Below the pieces are notes generated by a model. The model was given only the letters and a program-made list of their open reading frames with translations. It did no database searches and had not been told where the DNA came from. Positions 25,048 to 32,000 of a stretch of 32,000 nt of DNA are shown here, in pieces. The stretch comes from Micromonas sp. (taxonomy: Eukaryota): the NCBI GenBank assembly GCA_000090985.2, contig CP001331.1, positions 536,786-568,785 of the forward strand, read 5' to 3'. The first letter of the stretch is position 1, and every line of letters starts with the position of its first letter. A program made the position numbers and the translations under genes.

Positions 25048-25278
25048 CTTCGGTACCGTCGCGTCGAGCGCAGACTTATCGTCTTCCCCGCGCGCGTCCA
25101 GCCGCGATGGCGATGACGATGGCGGAGGTTTCCTCGGCGACGGCGTGGGCTTGGACCGGGCCGGCGCATCGTCTTCCGCGGCGTCGTCGAGCACCCCCTC
25201 GGGCAACAGGCCCTCTGGAAGGTCCCCGAGGTCGTCATCGTCCCCGTCGCGCGGCGCACCGGCAGCCGAGGAGGTCAT
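25048..25278 (-). CDS. Acidic/Pro-rich coding-like segment: candidate 5' exon of the KH gene or start of a separate small gene
   Basis: ATG at 25278: MTSSAAGAPRDGDDDDLGDLPEGLLPEGVLDDAAEDDAPARSKPTPSPRKPP...DATVPK, with high GC3. It ends at a consensus-like donor AAG|GTGAGC (phase 0). The track ORF continues to 24199 in this frame, overlapping the KH ORF out of frame, so it cannot all be coding. Confidence 0.35.
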
Positions 25279-25778
25279 GCCGGCCGGCGGTCAGAGCTCC
25301 GGGAATAAATTGACGGTCTCCCCCTTTTTTTTCCCTTTCCGCTCGGGGGGGTGGGGAGGGTGCCGAGCCGCGACGCGAGTCAGCGACCCTCGACCCGGCG
25401 CGACGCCGCGCCGGGTCGACGCGTGACACGCGTCCGAGGCTGCGTTCGCGGCTAGCGCCCTCTCTCCTCCGGCGCCGCCTCCCGCGCGCCGCGCTGGACC
25501 AGTGGCCTCGGGGCCGAAAACTCGACGACCGAAAGGAACTTTCTCGCGTTTGGCGGTGTGGAAAAGAACTACTTTCGGCGGGTTGGAATATTATTAAATC
25601 TGTCCTGGGTGCGGGCCCATAGGATTTTTTTAATGAGAGTTTGGTCGGGGCCGAAAAGCGGGCCCTGATGACGGGCACCCCGACCCAAACCGGCGGGGCC
25701 CAAACCGGGACGCCGACGGTTCGTCTCTCTCATATATCCCCGTGGGGCTGATGACACTCGGCGCTACTTTTGGCACAC

Positions 25779-26810
25779 ATGTCGACGCGCGGCGACCGTT
25801 CGCGTCCCGCGCCCGACCGCGCGGGCGACGCCGACGCGGCGAAGACCTCGCGCCGACCGCGGCGAGACACCGGCTACGTCGGCGAATCCCCCGCGGACGA
25901 CGACGAGGTCGGAAGGTCGATTCCCCGCGGCGACGCGGCGGTCGAGGACGTCACCGTCGCCATGCGCCATTTACGGACGGTGGAGGAGGCGGAGGAGGCG
26001 ACGGCGGAGGAGGAGGACCGCGGCGCGCACGCCGACGACGAGCGCGACGATGACGACGCGATGGCGACGGCCCGTCCCGAGCCGCGCGGCGAATGGACGA
26101 CGAAGCCGGCGACGGAGACGAGCTGGCGGGGCGACGGCCGAGTCGCGGCGTGGCTAGCCGAGCGCGAGCGCAAGGCGAACAAGCGCGCGCTCGGCCCGCT
26201 CCGACGCGCGCGCAAGGAGCTCGAGTGGATCACGCGCCGGCGCAGCGCGCAGATCGCGAATTACAGGCGAGACCGCAAGATCGAGATCGAGGAGCAGCGC
26301 GAGGCCATGGCGCAGGCCAAGGTGGCGTCGTACGGCGCCGCGGCCAAGGACGGGGCGGACGTTGTAACGACGAACGACCGCGTCGGCGTCATTGAGGACG
26401 CGGCGGCCGTCATCGAGCGCTCGCGCGCGATCGCCCGCCTGCCCGCGCGCGTCAGCGTCCCGCGGTTCAACGCCGCCGGCGGTGCGCGGCGCACCACGAG
26501 AGGCGGCCGGAAGAAGAAGACCTCCGCCGCGCTCCCGTGGGTCACCGCGCCCGCGCGAGCGAACCGGCGCTCGAGAACCGACGGCTCGCAAAGGGTTGAA
26601 CACGCCCCCCACGGCGCGAGGTTCGTCAACCAGCGAAGCGTCTGGGTCGCGCCTGGGGTGTTCGTGCAGATGGCGCGCGACGACACGAAGGTTCCAAGGG
26701 ACGCCGCGAGGCGCAACGCGGCGGTGTTCGGGGGCGCGCCCTACGACGCGAGGGAAGAAGAGGCGGCGCGGAGGAGGCGAGCCTCCGACGTTCCAGAGTT
26801 TTTCGAGTGA
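25779..26810 (+). CDS. Hypothetical charged protein (343 aa), family not recognised
   Basis: Track ORF 25770..26810 starts at a TTG; the first ATG is at 25779 (MSTRGDRSRP...). High GC3. Acidic N-terminus, basic helical middle (ERERKANKRALGPLRRARKELEWITRRRSAQIANYRRDRKIEIEEQREAMAQAK). The antisense ORFs are Arg/Ser-rich. Confidence 0.55.
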   Translation: MSTRGDRSRPAPDRAGDADAAKTSRRPRRDTGYVGESPADDDEVGRSIPRGDAAVEDVTVAMRHLRTVEEAEEATAEEEDRGAHADDERDDDDAMATARPEPRGEWTTKPATETSWRGDGRVAAWLAERERKANKRALGPLRRARKELEWITRRRSAQIANYRRDRKIEIEEQREAMAQAKVASYGAAAKDGADVVTTNDRVGVIEDAAAVIERSRAIARLPARVSVPRFNAAGGARRTTRGGRKKKTSAALPWVTAPARANRRSRTDGSQRVEHAPHGARFVNQRSVWVAPGVFVQMARDDTKVPRDAARRNAAVFGGAPYDAREEEAARRRRASDVPEFFE

Positions 26811-26900
26811 GGGCATCTGTTTGGGCATCTGTAGTCGACTATGCATGCGCGAACGACGCCGCCGCCCATGCGATGATACGTATAATACGAGCGATTAACG

Positions 26901-27956
26901 TCAAGGTTCGAACCACGCGCGTCGTACCAAGCCGGGTAACGCGCGAAGCTTCTCCCAGCTCGTCGTGTACGCGCGCTTGGTGTGGTTATCGTACCCGTTG
27001 TCTCTCACCTTTTGGAGCAGCGCGCCGTAAACCTCGGCGGCGGCGAGCACGGGAAGCCGCGCCGCCGGCGCCAACATCCGAACCCCGCCCGCCGCGCGTG
27101 CAAAGTGCGCCTCCGCCCTGCGAATCTCGCTCTCGATCAGAGCTTCGTACCGCTCGTCCAGGACGCCGTCGAGGATCTCTCGCGGTGTCAAACCGTGTTT
27201 CGCGATCGCGTCTAAAGGCAGGTACAGCCGCCCCCGCCTGGCGTCTTCGCCCACGTCCCTCAAGATGTTCGTCAGCTGCAGCGCGATCCCGAGTTCGATT
27301 CCGGGCGTGGACGCCTGCTCCATCGTGTACCCCCGCGCGGTGCCCATGACCGGGAGCGTCATTAAACCCACCGTCCCGGCGACCCGGTAGCAGTACGCGC
27401 GCAGCGCCGGCCAATCGTCGAACATCACCGAGGGCAGACCGGTGTTCACGTCGAGGGTCACGGCGAGGTCCGAGCGCATGCCCGCGATCATGTCCAGGAA
27501 CGGCCCCGCCTCGAGGCCCGGCGTGCGTCGGATCGTGTCCGCGAGCGCGATGGTCTCCGGCGCCGATGAGGGCGCGACGACGGGGCCGCCGCCCCGGTCG
27601 TCGTCGTCGAACATGGCGCGCAGGTCCGCCTCGATGGCGCTGAGCTTCCGGTCCGCCTCCTCCCTCGGGGCCTTCAGCGCTTCCACGCCGTCCACGGTCT
27701 CGTCCAGCTCTCTGCACCACGCGTAGATGGCCTGCACGCTCCGCCGCTGCGTCGGGCGCATGAGCAGCGTCGCGAAATGGAACGTGGCGGAGCTCGCTCG
27801 CGTGCTCGCCTCGCACGCCGTGTACGCGGCTTCGACAGCCTCGGGCGTCGGACCCGCCTCGGCGACGGCGGCGACGCGACGCGGCGCGCGACGACCGCGG
27901 GCGGGCGGCGCGCCGTGTCCCAAACCCGCGATGGATCGTGCGTACGCCGCGCTCAT
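26901..27956 (-). CDS. PSY: Phytoene synthase (squalene/phytoene synthase family) with short transit-like N-terminus
   Basis: Track ORF 26901..28013 starts at a TTG; the first ATG is at 27956. Motifs: FHFATLLMRPTQRRSVQAIYAWCRELDETVDG (first Asp-rich motif), YCYRVAGTVGLMTLPVMG, LQLTNILRDVGEDARRGRLYLP (second Asp-rich motif). Confidence 0.88.
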   Translation of the reverse strand: MSAAYARSIAGLGHGAPPARGRRAPRRVAAVAEAGPTPEAVEAAYTACEASTRASSATFHFATLLMRPTQRRSVQAIYAWCRELDETVDGVEALKAPREEADRKLSAIEADLRAMFDDDDRGGGPVVAPSSAPETIALADTIRRTPGLEAGPFLDMIAGMRSDLAVTLDVNTGLPSVMFDDWPALRAYCYRVAGTVGLMTLPVMGTARGYTMEQASTPGIELGIALQLTNILRDVGEDARRGRLYLPLDAIAKHGLTPREILDGVLDERYEALIESEIRRAEAHFARAAGGVRMLAPAARLPVLAAAEVYGALLQKVRDNGYDNHTKRAYTTSWEKLRALPGLVRRAWFEP

Positions 27957-28083
27957 CGGGTCCGAGCGTCCCCGCGGAAATCGCGAGGATAACAGAAAAA
28001 GTGCCCACAGCAAGCGCGCGTCGACGCCTTTACGACAAATTCAGGCACCCCCCGCACCACACCTCGCGGGCGGGCGGGGCCGA

Positions 28084-29064
28084 ATGGACCGGTTCGCGTT
28101 CCTGGCGTGCCAGCCGTATCTGCTCCCCCCGCATCGCACCGACGACGGCGCCGCGCGCGATACCCGCGCGCGTCGCTCCGCGGTCGCCCACGGCCGCGAC
28201 ACAGCTGGCGGACCCACCGACGAATCTCGCGACGCCCCGCGCGGGGTGCATCGATTGGGTGCGTCGTTCGCGTGTTGCGCCAGCTTCCACTTCAGCCAGG
28301 CGGAGCAGTACGCGCCGTCGGTGTCCCCGGACGCGAAAGGGTCCCCGACGGGCGCTTGGGAACGACCGGACATCGTCGGCGCCGCGGCGGACGACGCCCT
28401 GCACCTGGCGTTCGCGCGCACGGATTCCAACCCCGACCAGGCGCAGCTGACGTGCGAGCTCACCGTGCGCGAAGGGAAGGGACACCGGGAAGACGACGAC
28501 GACGACGACGCGCCGGGAGGACGCGTGGACGTTATTCTGGACGGCGCGAGGTTCGAGCTGGACATGCGGCAGTGCAGGGCGGTGGTGGAGGGGTTCCCGC
28601 CCGGGAGCTCGAGCGACGAGGGCAGCGAATGCGGATCGATGAAACGCGACGACGACTGTGCCGACGACTGTAAACCCCCGCCGTACGTCAGCTGCGTCTT
28701 CTCCCACGTCACGCTCAACCTGTACAGGCCGCGCGGAACGACGGGGGGCGCGAAGGAGAGGGACGCCGTGCGCGCGATGCGGCGCGCGCTGGAGCGCGCC
28801 AGGGCCGTCGCGTGGTCAGACGCGGATTCGTCAGACGTTTTTCCGGTCCAAACTAGTAGGCGGTATTCGCGACGGGCGTGTTGGACGACTCCCCCGCAGT
28901 GGCGCGTCGGCGCCGGCATCCTCTGCGACGCGGTGCTCGGGGTGGTGCCCGCGGGGGAGGAAGGGAGCGCGCTGACGGACGCGGCGAGCGCGTTGGCGTA
29001 CGCAGCCGCGCGGGGTCGGGAAGCGACGCGTCGTGACGTAAGTCCAGGAGACGCCGCGATGTGA
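28084..29064 (+). CDS. Hypothetical Cys/Asp-rich protein (326 aa), divergently paired with PSY
   Basis: Track ORF 27727..29064; its 5' part is antisense to PSY. The first ATG beyond PSY is at 28084 (MDRFAFLACQPY...). High GC3 through LTCELTVREGKGH...VDVILDGARFELDMRQCRAVVEGF...CADDCKPPPYVSCVFSHVTLNLYRP. No family recognised. Confidence 0.55.
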   Translation: MDRFAFLACQPYLLPPHRTDDGAARDTRARRSAVAHGRDTAGGPTDESRDAPRGVHRLGASFACCASFHFSQAEQYAPSVSPDAKGSPTGAWERPDIVGAAADDALHLAFARTDSNPDQAQLTCELTVREGKGHREDDDDDDAPGGRVDVILDGARFELDMRQCRAVVEGFPPGSSSDEGSECGSMKRDDDCADDCKPPPYVSCVFSHVTLNLYRPRGTTGGAKERDAVRAMRRALERARAVAWSDADSSDVFPVQTSRRYSRRACWTTPPQWRVGAGILCDAVLGVVPAGEEGSALTDAASALAYAAARGREATRRDVSPGDAAM

Positions 29065-29149
29065 CGTTAATCTCATCGGGTGACGTGTGAGTGAGTGTTA
29101 TGTTACAGCCCCGCCCGGAGACGGTTGAGCCCACACCCCGCGTGCCTTC

Positions 29150-31315
29150 TCACCGCTCGAAAGGGACGCTGAGCGTCTCGAACACGTCCGCGATGAGCGC
29201 GTGATCCTCTCCGAGCGCCTCTTTCGGCACCCCCGCCGGCAGCCTCGTCTGCGACGGGTCGAACGAAACTTTGGGCAAAACCCGCCACAGCGTGATCAAA
29301 CGCTGCGCGTCGACAAACTCTCCGAGCCCCGGCGCGTGCGCGCACAGCTCGCACATGACGTTCAGAAACGCCGCCCTGTTCAGCACCATCGCGCCGCCCC
29401 CGCCCAGTTTGGCATCCTCGACGGCGCAGAGCCGGCTCAGCTCCTTCGCCGCCGTCGAACCGGAGCGCGCGAGCGCCTGGGTGAGCGCGGTGACCACGGC
29501 GCGGGCGTCCGACCCCGGGAACTCTTTGGGCCGGGCCTCCATGATGGCGAGGGTGGCGTCGTCCGCCGCGTTCAGCCGCATCCACGTCCCTTTGATCTCC
29601 AGGACGGCGCCCACGTGGCAATCTCTCGCCCTGAGGTACACGTTGCTCCCCGAAGTCTTCCTGGCGGGCCTCCGTTCGAGGTACTTCCCGCCGGGGTAGC
29701 CGGAGTTGGCGACGGGGGGCTCGAAGACGGCGAGGGTGTTGTCCTCCAGGAAGAAGGACACGACGAAGGTCCTGGCCTTTTCGTTCTCGGGAACCGGGGG
29801 CTTACCCGGCCCGTCCACGAGCGTACCGGTGAAACGCATCACCTGCCCTTGGTTGATGAGCCACTCGTCGAAGCTCACGTCCTTCTTGGGCACCTTGGGC
29901 ACCAGCCTGTACACGCTGTTGAGCGAGTCCGCCTCGCTCCCGATGCCGGAGACGTTGGGGGGCACGACCATTTTGGGAATCGGCGGCGGCCCCGCGGGGG
30001 GCGGCATCGACGGAAAATCGTCATCCGTCAAGCCGCACTCAGTCGCGTACCAAGCCTTGGTGTGCTCGTCGCAGTCCCTGAGCGTCAGCACCAACCCAAA
30101 CACCACCACGTCTTCACCCACGCGAAAGTCCCTCCAGTGGTAAAACCCGTCGGGCTCGCGCCGCCTCGCTCGCAGCGTCTCGTCGCTCGCGGGCCTGATG
30201 CCCACGCCGTACCGGTAGCCGCCGCCGGCGAGCGTCGCCCTCGGCAGCTTCTGACGCTTGAGAAACTTGCCGTACGGCTCGCGGCCCGCGTTCCCGGGCA
30301 TCACCTCCAGCACCTCCACGGTATCGTCCGCCAGGTAGTAGTGCACCACGAAGTTGCGCGTCGAGCCCACGAGCCTCGCGTCGTCGCCGCCGGCGGGAAC
30401 TTCGCACGTTCCGAAGAAGCGCAGCACTCGGCGGTCGTACGCTAGAAACTGCCGACCCGCGGCTTCCTTGAGCCCCGCGATCGCGCTGGGGGGCGCGGGG
30501 CGGACGCCGGTGGATCCGCGGGCGTCGTCACCGCCGGTTGGAACCTCGACGGCGACGCCGTCGGAGTTGAACCGCACGGACACGCCGCCGACGGATGATG
30601 CGTCGGGCAGCCTCGGGGGCGCTCCAAACGCGGCGGGCATCACGCTCGGCGCGGACTTGAACTGGCCCTTCGGCGGCTCCGGGTCGCGCTCGTGCGGGAA
30701 CGGGATCTCCGGCGGCACGTGCACGCCCTCCTTGGCGAGGAACGCTCGGGTGAATTCGTCGCAGCCGAGGACGTTGTAGGTGCGCGAGAAGATGGCGATG
30801 GGCTCGCCCACTCTGATGTCTCTGAAGGACATGCGCTCGCCGTTGGCGTTGTCGCATGGCATGCGATGGAGGAGCGGGCCCTGGACGATGCCGCTGTTGA
30901 CCTCTCTGGGCTCGCGGACGTCCACGGTGCCGTCCTCCAGGTGGTAGGTGATGAAGCACTTGCGCACGCGCGGCAAACCCGTGCGCTTGGTGGTCTCGAG
31001 ATCCTCGAAGTACCCGCGCCACTGCAGCTTCACGCCGTCGTACGCCAGCCACGAGGGTTTGCGCGTGGGCACCGCCGCCGGGGCGTTGGACGCGGTGGAC
31101 GGGCGATTCGTGCCCCACCGCGGGTCGTGCTTGTCCCACGGCGCGGTCGGGCCGGGCGGCGCGGTCGCGCGATTGGTCACCGTTTGGAACGGGATGCCGT
31201 TGCGGAACTGCAGCGTCTGGGGCACCCCGCGGGGCCTCGGCGCGCCCTCGCCGTTGCCGGCGTAGACGGGCACGTCGACGGACCGCATCCACTCGTCGGT
31301 GTTAAGGAGGCTCAT
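29150..31315 (-). CDS. EFHC1: EF-hand domain-containing protein EFHC1/Rib72 (three DM10 domains), axonemal protofilament-ribbon protein
   Basis: Track ORF 29150..31417; ATG at 31315 (MSLLNTDEW...). Collinear with human EFHC1 as I recall it: LQFRNG.., KLQWRGYFED...ITYHLEDGTVDVREPREVNSGIVQGPLLHR, VLRFFGT...VVHYYLADDTVEVLEV, VMRFTGTL...FVVSFFLEDNTLAVFEPPVANSGYPGGKYLER. Confidence 0.9.
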   Translation of the reverse strand: MSLLNTDEWMRSVDVPVYAGNGEGAPRPRGVPQTLQFRNGIPFQTVTNRATAPPGPTAPWDKHDPRWGTNRPSTASNAPAAVPTRKPSWLAYDGVKLQWRGYFEDLETTKRTGLPRVRKCFITYHLEDGTVDVREPREVNSGIVQGPLLHRMPCDNANGERMSFRDIRVGEPIAIFSRTYNVLGCDEFTRAFLAKEGVHVPPEIPFPHERDPEPPKGQFKSAPSVMPAAFGAPPRLPDASSVGGVSVRFNSDGVAVEVPTGGDDARGSTGVRPAPPSAIAGLKEAAGRQFLAYDRRVLRFFGTCEVPAGGDDARLVGSTRNFVVHYYLADDTVEVLEVMPGNAGREPYGKFLKRQKLPRATLAGGGYRYGVGIRPASDETLRARRREPDGFYHWRDFRVGEDVVVFGLVLTLRDCDEHTKAWYATECGLTDDDFPSMPPPAGPPPIPKMVVPPNVSGIGSEADSLNSVYRLVPKVPKKDVSFDEWLINQGQVMRFTGTLVDGPGKPPVPENEKARTFVVSFFLEDNTLAVFEPPVANSGYPGGKYLERRPARKTSGSNVYLRARDCHVGAVLEIKGTWMRLNAADDATLAIMEARPKEFPGSDARAVVTALTQALARSGSTAAKELSRLCAVEDAKLGGGGAMVLNRAAFLNVMCELCAHAPGLGEFVDAQRLITLWRVLPKVSFDPSQTRLPAGVPKEALGEDHALIADVFETLSVPFER

Positions 31316-31530
31316 CGCCGCCGAAGACGGTGGGTGTCCGTCCGCGGGGGAACGAGCTCGCTCGCGAGTGACGACACGGCGGTCAACATCACATCTCAAC
31401 GGTCGGGTCCGGTCCAAAGCTGACCTGCTGACCTGCTGACTGTGCCCTACCTGCCAAAAGCTGGCCGAGTCGAAAACCCAGCGTCAGTGGAGTGCCCTCC
31501 TGGCAGGCCCCGGGGACGCCCACGCCCACG

Positions 31531-32000
31531 ATGGCGCCGAAACGAGGCAAGACGTCTCCCACGGTGAAGGATGAGGTCATGGAGGACGTCAAACCCGAGC
31601 TGGAGGTGCGCCGCGGACAGATCTCCCACCCGAGAACCCATCCCGCACGATCCGGTGCATCCCCCGCCCCATCCCCCAACCCCCATCCCCCGACCCGCGC
31701 TGACCCGTCCTCGCGCCGCCCGCGAACCCCCTCACCCGCAGGACATCGTCATGGCCCCGCCGCCCGGCAGCGAGCACCTCGGCCAGGCCCTCGACGACTT
31801 CCTCCGCTCGAGGAAGGCGCCCAACAGCCGGCGGATCCTTCACAGGCTGCTCGGCATCCTCCACCCGAACAACCTGCGCGCGGCCGCGCACGAGCTGCGG
31901 TACAACAAGCCGCAGTGGTCCGACGATAACACCACACCGGCGCAGTATCGCGCGCACTGGCGCGTGCAGGCGTCCAAGATCGTCGGGTGCAAAGAAGACG
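31531..32000 (+). CDS. Hypothetical protein, 3' partial (exon 1 31531..31605; exon 2 31742..beyond window)
   Basis: MAPKRGKTSPTVKDEVMEDVKPELE is joined to DIVMAPPPGSEHLGQALDDFLRSRKAPNSRRILHRLLGILHPNNLRAAAHELRYNKPQWSDDNTTPAQYRAHWRVQASKIVGCKED. That frame is open to nt 32000 with high GC3. Function not recognised. Confidence 0.6.
31606..31741 (+). other. Spliceosomal intron (136 nt)
   Basis: Donor GAG|GTGCGCC, CTGAC branch-like site about 38 nt before the acceptor, very C-rich tract, acceptor CCCGCAG|GAC. Confidence 0.65.

Noticed and set aside
25645-25755. Possible C/D-box snoRNA: TGATGA at 25666..25671 and CTGATGA at 25748..25754, about 80 nt apart, plus a tcggggccgaaaa direct repeat (25508..25520, 25645..25657)
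   Set aside because: The flanks of the putative C and D boxes are not complementary, so there is no terminal stem. No D'/C' boxes or rRNA-complementary guide could be identified by eye. More likely promoter or 5'UTR sequence of the 25779 gene.
28840-28905. Possible 66-nt in-frame intron (GAC|GTTTTTCC...CCCCGCAG|TGG) in the 28084..29064 gene, suggested by a local dip in GC3
   Set aside because: The donor does not match the GTGCGC pattern, there is no CTGAC branch, and it is much shorter than the supported introns. Retained as coding.
9665-31741. The introns as members of a repeated introner-element family
   Set aside because: Apart from the splice signals and C-richness, the four intron sequences show no alignable similarity to each other by eye.

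Overview
The window is visibly GC-rich (roughly two-thirds G+C by eye, not computed) and very gene-dense, with genes on both strands. It reads as eukaryotic nuclear DNA, not prokaryotic. Evidence: short GT..AG introns, a nuclear-type tRNA-Gly(GCC) followed by a T-run, head-to-head and tail-to-tail gene pairs with spacers of 54 to about 440 bp, and typically eukaryotic proteins (ELP4, RTF1, LSm3, HECT E3, EFHC1/Rib72). Plant-type plastid enzymes (APS reductase with a thioredoxin tail, phytoene synthase, uroporphyrinogen-III methyltransferase) occur together with flagellar proteins (Rib72/EFHC1, STPGR repeat protein). This suggests a flagellated prasinophyte green alga such as Micromonas; that is inference only. 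I support about 22 protein-coding genes, 4 introns, one tRNA and several intergenic repeat or palindrome structures. Many long ORFs in the track are antisense or out-of-frame artefacts of the GC-rich sequence and were rejected. I see no CRISPR array, operon, recognisable transposon or defence-island-like organisation, and I cannot honestly nominate a novel multi-gene system. The items most worth a second look are: (1) an unresolved multi-exon 5' end of a KH-domain gene, where two same-strand ORFs overlap by about 640 nt; (2) an SDR gene whose only plausible ATG is separated from the Rossmann motif by an in-frame TGA; (3) a nested direct-repeat, tandem-repeat and perfect-hairpin element between tRNA-Gly and the bL19 gene; (4) a dense cluster of CCGCGG palindromes upstream of APS reductase; (5) the siroheme enzyme (UPM1) lying close to APS reductase.
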